Assembly (NCBI GenBank): GCA_963780175.1
Contig: CAWAAT010000001.1
Coordinates: 13,928 to 77,927, forward strand
Length of the DNA stretch: 64,000 nt
Origin: an uncultured Actinomycetota bacterium
GTDB taxonomy: Bacteria; Actinomycetota; Actinomycetes; Propionibacteriales; Propionibacteriaceae
Direction: 5' to 3'
Part shown: piece after piece, positions 1 through 9,473 of the stretch
Layout: every line of letters starts with the position of its first letter
Numbering within the stretch: the stretch's first letter is position 1
The notes under the pieces: model-generated
Told to the model about the DNA's origin: nothing
Databases searched by the model: none
What the model saw: the letters and a program-made list of their open reading frames with translations, nothing else
Position numbers and translations under genes: made by a program

Positions 1-840
1 CACGCCATCCTGCACCTGCTCTACATGCGATTCTTCGCCAAGGTCATCCACGACATGGGGTTGATCGACTTCGATGAGCCGATGCAGCGACTGCTCAACC
101 AGGGACAGGTCATCAACGAGGGCAGCGCCATGAGCAAGTCGCTCGGCAATGGCGTCGACCTGGGGCAACAGATCGATTTGTTCGGCGTCGACGCCGTGCG
201 GTTGACGGTGGTCTTCGCCGGCCCGCCCGAGGACGACATCGACTGGGCCGACCTGTCGCCGGCCAGTTCGCTCAAGTTCCTGCAGCGTGCCTACCGGCTG
301 GCCACCGAGGTGTCCAGCCCGCGCGAGGTCGACATCGCCACCGGAGACACGTCGCTGCGGCGGGCAACCCACAAGTGCATTCGCGAAGTGACCGAACTGG
401 TGGGGCTGGGCAGGTTCAATGTCGCCATCGCCCGCGTCATGGAGTTGGTCAATGCCACCCGCAAGGCCATCGACTCCGGCTGCGGTGCTGCTGACCCCGC
501 GGTGCGGGAGTCAGTGATGTTCGTGGGTCAGGCTCTGAGCCTGGTCGCCCCTTACCTTGCGGAGGAGATCTGGGAGACCCTCGGGGAGGCGCCGTCGATC
601 GCCAACTCCACCTGGCCGATCGCCGAGCCCGAGCTCCTGGTCAACGAATCTGTGACGATGGTGGTGCAGGTGCAGGGCAAGGTGCGCGCCAAGCTCGAGG
701 TCTCGCCCGACATCAGCGAGGAGGATGCGACCGCTCTGGCGGTTGGGGACGCCAACGTCCAGCGGGCCCTCGACGGACGCGACATCGCGAAAGTCATCAC
801 GCGTGTGCCGAAGATGGTGAGCATCGTTCCCCAGGGCTGA
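1..840 (+). CDS. leuS: leucyl-tRNA synthetase, C-terminal part (5' end lies outside the window)
   Basis: Open frame from position 1. It contains the LLYMRFF and KMSKSLGN(G)VD class I aminoacyl-tRNA synthetase motifs and a LeuS C-terminal anticodon-binding region. Stop at 840. Confidence 0.9.
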   Translation, partial: HAILHLLYMRFFAKVIHDMGLIDFDEPMQRLLNQGQVINEGSAMSKSLGNGVDLGQQIDLFGVDAVRLTVVFAGPPEDDIDWADLSPASSLKFLQRAYRLATEVSSPREVDIATGDTSLRRATHKCIREVTELVGLGRFNVAIARVMELVNATRKAIDSGCGAADPAVRESVMFVGQALSLVAPYLAEEIWETLGEAPSIANSTWPIAEPELLVNESVTMVVQVQGKVRAKLEVSPDISEEDATALAVGDANVQRALDGRDIAKVITRVPKMVSIVPQG

Positions 841-948
841 GCCCCTCGGGAAGCCTCCGCTGACTGCCCGGCCACGGTCTCCATCTGCGGAGATGTCCAC
901 AGCCGAGCACCAAGCTGACCAACGGGAGCCTCGGCTGCCCATCCTTGG

Positions 949-1908
949 ATGGTGAGATCGACGGCCCAGCACACCCCCGTTCAGAGCCCGGGCAGTCGGC
1001 TTCGTGCGGTGTTGGGGGAGGGGCCGCCTCCCGGGCTGCCGAAGCGGGCTGCTGCCGGGCCGGTCGAGCGGGCTGCCGCGGCCAGCGAGATCCTCTCTGG
1101 TCTGGCCAGGCGGTGCCCCGAAGTCGCTGCCCAACCACAAGCCCAGCAGCCGGCTCCCCGGCCTGCCGCAGCCCCCTCGAACGCTGGAGGCGCCCAGAGA
1201 GCGGTTGGGTCTCCTGCTCCCGACGAGGACCCGGAGGTCGACCTGTCGACGAACCCCTCTGGCGTCGCATGGCGGGGTCTGATCGCTCTGGGCCGGACGC
1301 ACGCCGGGACTTTGGGTGTGGTGCTGGTGATCGCCGTCGTGCTGGCAGGAACACGGTTGATGTCGGCACAGGGACACGAGGTGCCCGGCGGGACGCCGAG
1401 CGCGGTGCTCACACCCGCCGCGTCGGCCCCCAGTACCCCGGCGGTTCCCACTCGCCCACCTGTGCGAGTGCACGTCCTCGGTGCAGTCGTGAGTCCCGGT
1501 GTGGTCACGGTGCCCGAAGGTTCCCGGGTATCCGACGCGATCCTGGCCGCCGGAGGACTCACCGCTGAGGCGCAGTGTGCTGAGCTCAATTTGGCCGCGG
1601 TCGTCCCCGATGGTGCGCAGATCGTCATCGGCACCCTCTCGGTGCCCCGCGGGGAGTTGCGAACCGGCTCATCCCCCGGGCAGTCGGTCGGCGGCCTCGG
1701 TGCGGTGCCGGGCTCACTGACGCTCGACCTCAACACGGCCACCGTCGAGCAGTTGGAGTCCTTGCCGGGAGTTGGTCCGGTGACGGCGCAACGCATTCTG
1801 ACCTGGCGTCAGACCAACGGCGGGTTCACCCGCGTGGAGGAACTGCAGGAGGTGGACGGTATAGGCCCGAAGACCTACGCTCAGCTCGCACCGCTCGTCC
1901 ATGTCTGA
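949..1908 (+). CDS. comEA: ComEA competence protein: Pro/Ala-rich N-terminus, one transmembrane helix, SLBB domain, C-terminal helix-hairpin-helix domain
   Basis: C-terminal LNTATVEQLESLPGVGPVTAQRIL...GGF..VEEL..V.GIGPKT helix-hairpin-helix motif. Hydrophobic helix LIALGRTHAGTLGVVLVIAVVLAG. Position upstream of comEC. Start codon is uncertain; ATG at 949 was chosen. Confidence 0.7.
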   Translation: MVRSTAQHTPVQSPGSRLRAVLGEGPPPGLPKRAAAGPVERAAAASEILSGLARRCPEVAAQPQAQQPAPRPAAAPSNAGGAQRAVGSPAPDEDPEVDLSTNPSGVAWRGLIALGRTHAGTLGVVLVIAVVLAGTRLMSAQGHEVPGGTPSAVLTPAASAPSTPAVPTRPPVRVHVLGAVVSPGVVTVPEGSRVSDAILAAGGLTAEAQCAELNLAAVVPDGAQIVIGTLSVPRGELRTGSSPGQSVGGLGAVPGSLTLDLNTATVEQLESLPGVGPVTAQRILTWRQTNGGFTRVEELQEVDGIGPKTYAQLAPLVHV

Positions 1909-4204
1909 GGACGACGGCCCGCCGGTCGATCTGCGCCTGCTGTTTCCTGCCGCGGCCGCTTGGGCCGGTGCAGGTATCGGCATCTCAGGGGGACGCTGGG
2001 CCGGGCTGGCGATCGGCCTGGGGTTCCTGGGTGCTGTCGCCGGCTGGCGGTGGCGAGCCTGGACGTCCTGCGCGGTGAGCGCCGCGCTGTTGGCAGCAGG
2101 AGTCGTCGCCTGGGGGTGGTCGATCGGATTGAGTTCCTCCGTCCCGGCAACATGGGCCGCGCAGGGAGCGGTGGTCGATGTTCGCGCACGGGTCGCATCG
2201 GACGTGCACCGCTGGAAGCCTCGAGCGGGTCAGCCCAGCGGCGGCGTTCTGAGCGTCCAGGTGGAACGGATGTCGGCCCGCGGCCAGGTGTGGCAAGGTG
2301 ATCTGCCGGCCAGCGTTTTCGCAAGCGGAGCGGCACTGGAGGCGCTCGACCAGCCCGTTGGGGCGACCGTCAGTCTCTTGGCTCTCGCCAAGCCGCCGAA
2401 ACCGGGGGAGCGCTCGGTTGCCGCTCTGGCATTGCGGAGCGCGGTTGTCAGGGTCGCTGAACCCAAGCCGGCGGCTGCACTGGCCAACAAGGTGCGGTCG
2501 GGTCTACGTGATGCGATGGCGCTGTCCACCGGAGCGCAGGAAGGTCTGGTGCCATCCCTCGTCGTTGGTGACGTGTCGGCCCTACCTCCTGAGGTGGAGC
2601 AGGACTTCAAGACCACCGGCCTCAGCCATCTGACTGCGGTCAGTGGCACCAACCTGACGCTGATGTTGGCCTTCTGTCTGGGCCTGGCCCGGCAGGTGGG
2701 CGTCCGAGGCTGGTGGTTGAGGGTCACCGGGTTGGTCGTCGTGCTGGGGTTCGTCGTGGTTTGTCGGGCGGAGCCGAGTGTCCTTCGGGCCGCCGCCATG
2801 GGCCTTGTCGCCCTGGCAGCCACCGGCTTTGCTCGGGACCGCCGCCGCGGCCTCCGGGCGCTCTGCCTGGCCGTACTGGTGCTGGTCCTGGTCGACCCGT
2901 GGCTGGCTCGCTCCTGGGGGTTCTCTCTGTCTGTCTGCGCGTCGGCGGGCATCCTGTGGTGGGGAACTCGATGGCAGACCCTGATGGGCAGGTGGGCCCC
3001 CGGGTGGCTGGCGGAGTCGCTGGCCATCCCGATGGCGGCCCAACTCGCCACGCAACCCCTCATCACCCACCTGTCGGGCCAGATCAGTGCGGTGGGTCTG
3101 GTGGCCAACGTCGCCTGCGGTCCCTTCGTGGGGCCGGTCACCGTTCTCGGGCTGGCTGCCGCGCTCTCATCGGTGATCAGCCCACCACTGGCCCTGGCGC
3201 TGGGTTGGGTGGCCGGCTGGTGCGTCCAACCGATCCTGCTCGTGGCCAGCGTCGGCGCGGACCTGCCGGCGGCGTCCTGGCGCTGGCCACCCACTGCATC
3301 GGCGATTGGGTTGCTCGCGGTGGGTTGCTGGCTTCTGGCCCAGGTGGTTCTGCCGTGGATTCTGGCTCGCAGAGCCATCACGGCGCTGCTCCTGCTGAGT
3401 CTGCCTCTGGGCGTCACGCGACAGCCTCCGCAGCCAGGTTGGCCCGGGGACTGGGTCGTGGTCGCGTGCGACGTGGGGCAGGGCGGGGCCCAGATCATCA
3501 GGGTGGATCGCGACTCCGCCATCCTCGTGGACGCCGGACCCGACCCGACCGCACTGCGCGCCTGCCTGAGCAGTCTGGGAGTGACCGACATCCCCTTGTT
3601 GGTGATCACTCACCAACACGCCGACCACGTCGGGGGTATCGACGCCGTCGTTGACCGCCTGGCCGGCGGGATGGTGCTGGTGGGACCGAGCCCCACGACC
3701 TCCGACGAGCACACACCCGCGTGGCTGCGGCGCCTTGGTGCGGTTGTCACCACCCCAGGTGACGTGGTCCACGTGGGCGACGTGCGCTGGACCACTCTTG
3801 CCGCCGGTCCGGTGGCCGGGTCGCTGCCTGCCACCGGGGTGGAGGACCCCAGCGAGAACGACGCCGGCGTGGTGGGGATGATCGAGAGCCGTCAGCTCAG
3901 GGTGCTCGTCACGGGCGACCTTGAGGTGCTCGGCCAGCAAGCGGTGCTGGGGGCCGCCCCCGGGCTGCAGGCTGATGTGCTGATCGTCCCGCACCACGGT
4001 TCAGCGCGGCAGGACCAAGGCTTCATCAGAGCTGTCGGAGCGTCCGTGGCGTTGATCCAGGTGGGCGAGGACAACGACTACGGGCATCCGGCTGCCTCAA
4101 CCGTGCGCATGCTGGAAGCCAGCGGCGCCACCGTTTTCCGTACCGACCGACACGGCGCCGTAGCGGTGCTGGTCGGCGGCCGCACGGTTCTCACCCAACG
4201 TTGA
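1901..4204 (+). CDS. comEC: ComEC/Rec2 DNA internalisation channel with C-terminal metallo-beta-lactamase domain
   Basis: 767 aa. Many transmembrane helices. HQHADHVGG and VPHHGS metallo-beta-lactamase motifs. Start overlaps the comEA stop (ATGTCTGA). Confidence 0.9.
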   Translation: MSEDDGPPVDLRLLFPAAAAWAGAGIGISGGRWAGLAIGLGFLGAVAGWRWRAWTSCAVSAALLAAGVVAWGWSIGLSSSVPATWAAQGAVVDVRARVASDVHRWKPRAGQPSGGVLSVQVERMSARGQVWQGDLPASVFASGAALEALDQPVGATVSLLALAKPPKPGERSVAALALRSAVVRVAEPKPAAALANKVRSGLRDAMALSTGAQEGLVPSLVVGDVSALPPEVEQDFKTTGLSHLTAVSGTNLTLMLAFCLGLARQVGVRGWWLRVTGLVVVLGFVVVCRAEPSVLRAAAMGLVALAATGFARDRRRGLRALCLAVLVLVLVDPWLARSWGFSLSVCASAGILWWGTRWQTLMGRWAPGWLAESLAIPMAAQLATQPLITHLSGQISAVGLVANVACGPFVGPVTVLGLAAALSSVISPPLALALGWVAGWCVQPILLVASVGADLPAASWRWPPTASAIGLLAVGCWLLAQVVLPWILARRAITALLLLSLPLGVTRQPPQPGWPGDWVVVACDVGQGGAQIIRVDRDSAILVDAGPDPTALRACLSSLGVTDIPLLVITHQHADHVGGIDAVVDRLAGGMVLVGPSPTTSDEHTPAWLRRLGAVVTTPGDVVHVGDVRWTTLAAGPVAGSLPATGVEDPSENDAGVVGMIESRQLRVLVTGDLEVLGQQAVLGAAPGLQADVLIVPHHGSARQDQGFIRAVGASVALIQVGEDNDYGHPAASTVRMLEASGATVFRTDRHGAVAVLVGGRTVLTQR

Positions 4205-4212
4205 CGACTACC

Positions 4213-5460
4213 TCACCTCGCCAGGAACAGCGGCTTGAGGTGTCGTTCGTAGATGTTCTCAGTCACGTTGCGGGCAACATCTATTCTGTGAGTCTCAAGG
4301 GCGTCCAGATATCTCTGGCCCATCTTTGCAGCGATCTTGTAGCCCACATGCAGGAGTTGGCGAACGTTCGGGTCGTAGGCCGGGTTCGACTGATCGTGTC
4401 TCAGCGCGGACGCGAACTGCTGACTGGTCCAGCCGTCCACCGCGTCAGGCGAGGGAAGCGCCGCTTGGTCGATGTCGATGACGTCAGCATACGGTGCCAC
4501 CAGCTCGTCGTACTTTCCGTAGGCACTGCGGTAGACCTCCTTGGCGATGTCCAGGCCCGCGCCGCCGGCCTCGGCCAGCCCAACGAGTTCCTCAAGCCAG
4601 CTCGTGCCGGCGGTCTTCAGGTGCAGTCCCGCGTCCAGTTCGCGGATGATCGCGCCGATGCCGGGGTACAACGAGAACTTGTCACTGCCGGTGTGAACCG
4701 AGATCTTGAGGTTGTCGTGGAGTCCGAACACCTTGGAGGCGTGCTTGATCACAGCCACATCGGCGCGGAACTCCGACAGGAAGGCGGCCACGTCGCCCAC
4801 GTAGTCGACGCCCTTGTTGAACCGGCCTTGAAACTTGACGGCGACCGTGTCGATCGGGATGCCGGCCTGCTTGATCGCGAAGAGAATGACGTACAACTCG
4901 GCCGGGCCCTGGGTCTCGGGGGATTCGTCCATCGAGACCTCGACGTGCCGCGGGTGACCCCCGCCCTCGACGACGCGATCATGGATTCGTTTGGCCTCCT
5001 CCACCGCGAACAGGTAGCGGTCCGCGACAGTGTGCAACACCTCGTCGGTGATGGCGATCGGCCCGTCGAAGCCTGGCACGTTCAGCTCTCCCACCAGCAC
5101 GACGGCCTTCTCCAGGAACGCCGCGGCTGACTCCGGTGTGGTTGGCTTGCCGATGCAGTCGGTGACATCGATCGTGAAGAAGTCGCACGCATGGATGAAG
5201 GCGTCCACGTTGCCAAGTCCGATGTGGTCGGCGTCCACGAAGTACTGACCGGTCCACCCGAGGGCTGCGACAGCGTCGTCGGCAGCCTTGCGTTGGTCTG
5301 CCGGGGTGGTGCCGATGGTCGTGTGCTCCCGGTTGCTCTTGTTCCAGACGATGTCGACATCGACGCCGTCGTCCCTGATCTTCTCGAAGGCGGCGAGTTG
5401 GGCAACGCCTTCCTTGCCGAATCGATCACCGGTGCCCAGGGAGTACTTGCCGATCGTCAT
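4213..5460 (-). CDS. UxaE-family tagaturonate/fructuronate epimerase-like protein
   Basis: 415 aa from ATG at 5460 (MTIGKYSLGTGDRFGKEG...). The N-terminal SLGTGDRFG motif and overall composition are recalled as matching the UxaE/DUF4392 family. The longer ORF reaching 5802 has an N-extension that does not look like protein. Confidence 0.5.
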   Translation of the reverse strand: MTIGKYSLGTGDRFGKEGVAQLAAFEKIRDDGVDVDIVWNKSNREHTTIGTTPADQRKAADDAVAALGWTGQYFVDADHIGLGNVDAFIHACDFFTIDVTDCIGKPTTPESAAAFLEKAVVLVGELNVPGFDGPIAITDEVLHTVADRYLFAVEEAKRIHDRVVEGGGHPRHVEVSMDESPETQGPAELYVILFAIKQAGIPIDTVAVKFQGRFNKGVDYVGDVAAFLSEFRADVAVIKHASKVFGLHDNLKISVHTGSDKFSLYPGIGAIIRELDAGLHLKTAGTSWLEELVGLAEAGGAGLDIAKEVYRSAYGKYDELVAPYADVIDIDQAALPSPDAVDGWTSQQFASALRHDQSNPAYDPNVRQLLHVGYKIAAKMGQRYLDALETHRIDVARNVTENIYERHLKPLFLAR

Positions 5461-5629
5461 GGGTGGCTCCTCGTCGTCTTTGGTGTCAGGTCCTCCATAC
5501 CTGGAACCATAGGCCCACTGCTCATACTTCTCGGCCCCCTGCGCGAAAGTGACCGCGGACGGCTGCGCACCCCGAGCGGGGCTTCGCCCGCGTGCCTGCT
5601 GGCCGGCCAACAACTGGCAGGATGGAGAG

Positions 5630-6613
5630 GTGGTGACTCCTTCGGTTTTCGGCAGCACGGTGCTCGTCCAGGGCGCGGAGCCGCTGCTGGCCGAACGTGC
5701 GGTGAAGTCCCAGGTGAGCCGGGCCCGGCGGGAGCAACTCGATGCAGAACTGTATGAGGTGGCGGCCGGAGAGTTGGCGGACGGGCAATTCGGCGACCTC
5801 ATCGGTGGCAGCTTGTTCGCGACTCACAGCATCGTGGTGCTCAACGACCTGGCCAACCTGCCCGAAGAGGCGCTGCCCCTGGTCAGGCAGACGGCTCTCG
5901 CACCCCCTCCGGAACTGTGCCTGATTTTGGTGCACGCTGGCGGGGTCAAGGGCAAGGCCTTGGTGGATGCGCTCAAGAAGGCCAAGGTGCCCGTGGTGCG
6001 AGCAGATCCGCTCAAGCAGTGGGAGCTTGCGACGTTCGTGGCTGGTGAGGCCCGGGGATTGCGCATGAGAATGGACGACCAGACCGGGCAGGCCGTCGTC
6101 GACGCCGTGGGCAGCGACTTGCGAGCGATCTCGGGCGCGCTTCGTCAACTGTCGGCCGACTACGAAGGCCAGCAGGTCAGTGCCGCCATGGTCGGACGTT
6201 ACTTCGGCGGCCGAGCCGAGGTCAGCAGTTTCGCGGTGGCAGACGACGTCCTGGCCGGGCGATCCGCTGCCGCGCTGGAGAAGCTGCGATGGGCATTGTC
6301 GACGGGTGTGGCGCCCGTTCTGGTGACTAGTGCGCTGGCCAACTCGCTGCGAGGCTTGGGCAAGTACCTTGAACTGCGCTCGGCGCGGCTGCCTGAGCCC
6401 GAGGTGGCCCGGCAAGCCGGCGTCCCGGTGTGGAAGCTCAAGGAACTGTCCAGGCTGTCGCGCGACTGGTCGAGCGGGGCTGTCTCGGTGGCCATCCGGG
6501 CGGTCGCCAAGGCCGATGAGCAGGTCAAGGGCGCCGCAACCAACCCAGGCTTCGCCCTTGAGCAGTTGCTGTTGACCATCGGCGCGGCACGCGAGCAGTC
6601 GCGACAGCGTTGA
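5630..6613 (+). CDS. holA: DNA polymerase III delta subunit
   Basis: Position after comEC is conserved in actinobacteria. Sequence resembles the delta subunit (VLVQGAEPLLAERAV...). Start is uncertain: GTG at 5630 or 5633, or further upstream. Confidence 0.7.
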   Translation: MVTPSVFGSTVLVQGAEPLLAERAVKSQVSRARREQLDAELYEVAAGELADGQFGDLIGGSLFATHSIVVLNDLANLPEEALPLVRQTALAPPPELCLILVHAGGVKGKALVDALKKAKVPVVRADPLKQWELATFVAGEARGLRMRMDDQTGQAVVDAVGSDLRAISGALRQLSADYEGQQVSAAMVGRYFGGRAEVSSFAVADDVLAGRSAAALEKLRWALSTGVAPVLVTSALANSLRGLGKYLELRSARLPEPEVARQAGVPVWKLKELSRLSRDWSSGAVSVAIRAVAKADEQVKGAATNPGFALEQLLLTIGAAREQSRQR

Positions 6614-6694
6614 GCTGGCTTCGCTGTTGGGCTTTCAGTCGTCGGTGTGGATCGGGAATAGGATCGTGATGACCATCAACTTCAGGAGGGCAAC

Positions 6695-7162
6695 ATGACG
6701 ATCAAGGACATCGGCCCCCAGCCGATTGTTTTCGACATCGAGGAGGAGACCACCGCGAACGAGGCCTACCGGACGGTGGCCTGGAGCGGGAAGTACCTCC
6801 AGGTGACCCTGATGTCCATCCCGGTCGGCGGCGAGATCGGTCTGGAGATCCACCCCGAGACCGACCAGTTCCTCCGGGTGGAGCAGGGCAAGGGTCTTGC
6901 CCTGCTGGGCGATGACAAGGACCATCTCGACTCCGAACAGCGCATCGAGGACGACTTCGTGGTCATCATCCCGGCTGGGAAGTGGCACAACGTCACCAAT
7001 GCTGGCGACGAGCCGCTCAAGCTCTACTCGATCTACGCCCCCGCCCACCACAAGCCGGGCAAGGTGCAGCAGACCAAGGAGATCGCCGAAGTCGACACCG
7101 ACGATGAACCGGCCGAGTGGTCAGTTCAGCCGACGTCCGCCGATGACGGACCGCAAGCCTGA
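6695..7162 (+). CDS. cupin-domain protein with acidic C-terminal tail
   Basis: 155 aa. Strong ribosome-binding site (aggaggg) 6 nt upstream of the ATG. Cupin-like core (G.W.H....G.EPL). Confidence 0.6.
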   Translation: MTIKDIGPQPIVFDIEEETTANEAYRTVAWSGKYLQVTLMSIPVGGEIGLEIHPETDQFLRVEQGKGLALLGDDKDHLDSEQRIEDDFVVIIPAGKWHNVTNAGDEPLKLYSIYAPAHHKPGKVQQTKEIAEVDTDDEPAEWSVQPTSADDGPQA

Positions 7163-7191
7163 CCCGCAGCACTGACCTGGATTGGCAACAC

Positions 7192-7232
7192 AACAAGCGC
7201 CCTGACCACCCAGTGGGTCAGGGCGCTTGTTA
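7192..7232. terminator. GC-rich inverted repeat, a bidirectional terminator between the cupin gene and rpsT
   Basis: AACAAGCGCCCTGACC / GGTCAGGGCGCTTGTT form a 16-bp stem with a short loop. It lies between convergent genes ending at 7162 and 7249. Confidence 0.7.
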
Positions 7233-7248
7233 AGTGATCAGGAGGGAA

Positions 7249-7509
7249 TCAGAGAGCTGCGGCGCGAGCCGAAATGCCGGACTTGCGATTCGCGGCCTGG
7301 TTGGCGTGGATGACACCCTTGGATGCGGCCTTGTCGAGGGCGCGCGTGGCGACCTTGGCGTATTGCTGCGCCTTCTCGACGTCACCGGCTTCGACAGCAT
7401 CGCGGAACTTGCGGATGTGGGTGCGCAAGGCTGACTTGACGGCCTTGTTGCGGGCCGTGGCCTTCGCGTTGGTCAGGATGCGCTTCTTCTGCGACTTGAT
7501 GTTCGCCAC
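7249..7509 (-). CDS. rpsT: 30S ribosomal protein S20
   Basis: 86 aa from GTG at 7509: [35 protein letters not shown]... This is the canonical S20 sequence. Confidence 0.9.
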   Translation of the reverse strand: MANIKSQKKRILTNAKATARNKAVKSALRTHIRKFRDAVEAGDVEKAQQYAKVATRALDKAASKGVIHANQAANRKSGISARAAAL

Positions 7510-7816
7510 TGGGTAAGCCTCTTTGAGATCGATGGTCACTGGGTTGCGCCCGGCATGAAGTCTCAGCCGACGCGCGACAGGCCACGTTACCACAGCGAAC
7601 CGTCGCTCCCCAAAGGCGGGTGAGAGCAACGGCTTGGTGCCGATGCAGCTCCTCCGGCCGGGGCAAGAGTTGATCGCTCATCAGTTGCGGAATAAACTGT
7701 AGTCGTTGAGAGATAAACATCTTGAGAGTCGAGACAACATGCTCCTTGACATCCAGTTCTCGAGCGATCGACTCGGGCAGCCGGTCGTCCTCGTTATCGC
7801 AGATTGAAGGAAACTA

Positions 7817-8521
7817 ATGGCAACTCAGGTCTACAAGACACTCTCCAGGATCGTGGGAGCAGTGCTTCTCGTCCTCGGCGTGGCGGCACTCTTCGGCGCC
7901 AACTTCGCCCATGGCTTTGTGAGCGACCAGTTGAAGCAGCAGGCGATCAGCATGCCCGCCGAGCAGGCGATCGATGCGCAGGTCACGTCCGGCCGAATCT
8001 CCGAGGATGACGCCAAGGCCCTGCGTCCGTTCGCCGGTGAGATCATGTCGACCGGACCGCAGGCTCAGGCTTTCGCCGACCACTACATCGCTGCTCACAT
8101 GAAGGCCGCCGCGAAGGGTGCTGGAGTGCCCGACGACAAGGCGTCGTACAGCGGCATCGGCTCGCTGGTGACCGAGAAGACAAACGCGCTCAAGGCTGAA
8201 CTGAAGGCTCTTCCGGAGAACTCGAACAAGTCCGAGCAGGAGCTCACTGGCCTGGCCAACGCTGAGATCGCAAACCCGGGCAGCGAGTACCAGACCGCCA
8301 AGGATGCGGCCAAGCTTCAGGCCCTGCGGATGGACACCTTCCTGGACGGCAACACGTTGCGAGGCATGCTGCTCAATGCCTACGGCTGGTGGCTCGTGGG
8401 CACCATTGCCCAGGCGGCCGGCTGGGTTCTGATCGTCGTTGGCGCCGGGCTGCTGGCCCTCGGCTTCGTCCTCAAGCCCAAGGCCGTCGAGACCACCCGA
8501 GACACCGCTGTCAGCGTCTGA
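7817..8521 (+). CDS. uncharacterised membrane protein (N- and C-terminal transmembrane helices, soluble middle domain); copy 1 of a tandem paralog pair
   Basis: 234 aa. Transmembrane helix at residues ~11-30 and a C-terminal hydrophobic block NAYGWWLVGTIAQAAGWVLIVVGAGLLALGF. Paralogous to the next gene. Confidence 0.6.
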   Translation: MATQVYKTLSRIVGAVLLVLGVAALFGANFAHGFVSDQLKQQAISMPAEQAIDAQVTSGRISEDDAKALRPFAGEIMSTGPQAQAFADHYIAAHMKAAAKGAGVPDDKASYSGIGSLVTEKTNALKAELKALPENSNKSEQELTGLANAEIANPGSEYQTAKDAAKLQALRMDTFLDGNTLRGMLLNAYGWWLVGTIAQAAGWVLIVVGAGLLALGFVLKPKAVETTRDTAVSV

Positions 8522-8543
8522 GCACCTCTGGCGAGCAGCACCT

Positions 8544-8577
8544 GCGGCGGCCCCTTGCGGGGCCGCCGCTTTCTGTT
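8544..8577 (+). terminator. rho-independent terminator after membrane protein copy 1
   Basis: GCGGCGGCCCC-ttgc-GGGGCCGCCGC hairpin followed by TTTCTGTT. Confidence 0.7.
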
Positions 8578-8686
8578 GTGACCTCGCGCCGTCCTGTGTC
8601 ACCCACCCGACGCCGTCGGTGCTCCCTGCACCCCTAGAATGCCAACTGCCGCAGCAGTCCGGCGCACCTAGTAAGCGGAGGAACCG

Positions 8687-9355
8687 ATGGCAGACCAGAT
8701 CTACCAGGCTTTTGCCCGAGTTTTCGGCAGTGTGCTCCCTGTTGTCGGTGTCGGCGCGCTGCTCGGTGGCGGCTTCGCCCACAAGTTCGTGGCCCAGCAG
8801 TTGAAGGCCGAGGACATCACCATGCCGGACGCCGCGGCGATCGACCGCGAACGCGAGCTCGGTCTGCTCTCGGCCTCTGACGCCGAGTCCCTTCGCTCGC
8901 ACGCCGGCCTCACCTTGGCAACCGGCCCGCAGGCGCGCATCTACGCCGACAACTACGTGCTGGCTCACATGAAGGTTGCCGCCAGACGGGCCGGGGTGCC
9001 CGATAACAAGGCCACCTACGCAGGGGTGGGTGACCTCGCCAATGACAAGACTCGCGAACTGAAGGCCGAGCTGGCCTCGCAGTACCCCGACATGTCTCCC
9101 GCTGAGATCGCGCACTTGGCGAAGGCTGAGGTCGGTGATCCAGAGACCGATTACGACCTCGCGCGAACCATCAACCAGTTGCAGGAGTTGCGCTCCGACA
9201 ACTTCTTCATGGGCAATTCGATTCGTGGCATGTTGTTGAACGCCTACGGCTGGTGGCTCGTCGGGATGGTGGCCCGGATGGCGGGCGGGGTGTTCATCGG
9301 TCTGGGAGGAGTGCTCGCCGCCGTGGGTTTCCTGCCCCGGGGACGCGACTCCTAG
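8687..9355 (+). CDS. uncharacterised membrane protein, copy 2 of the tandem paralog pair
   Basis: 222 aa with the same architecture and about 45-50% identity to copy 1. Shared motifs: AHMK.AA..AGVPD.KA.Y.G.G, LKAEL, RGMLLNAYGWWLVG. A hairpin (CCTGGCAT...ATGCCAGG) follows at 9358-9386. Confidence 0.6.
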   Translation: MADQIYQAFARVFGSVLPVVGVGALLGGGFAHKFVAQQLKAEDITMPDAAAIDRERELGLLSASDAESLRSHAGLTLATGPQARIYADNYVLAHMKVAARRAGVPDNKATYAGVGDLANDKTRELKAELASQYPDMSPAEIAHLAKAEVGDPETDYDLARTINQLQELRSDNFFMGNSIRGMLLNAYGWWLVGMVARMAGGVFIGLGGVLAAVGFLPRGRDS

Positions 9356-9473
9356 CCCCTGGCATCGCTCGCGGGCATGCCAGGCGATGAGTTGGGGTGC
9401 CGCTCCAGTCATGCGAAGATGGACGCTGGCGCTCGTCGTCGCCAGCCCCTCACCGAGACCGACTGGATTGTGA

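Noticed and set aside
2230-3609. 459-aa minus-strand ORF inside comEC
   Set aside because: Antisense GC-rich artefact. comEC is full length and carries its metallo-beta-lactamase domain.
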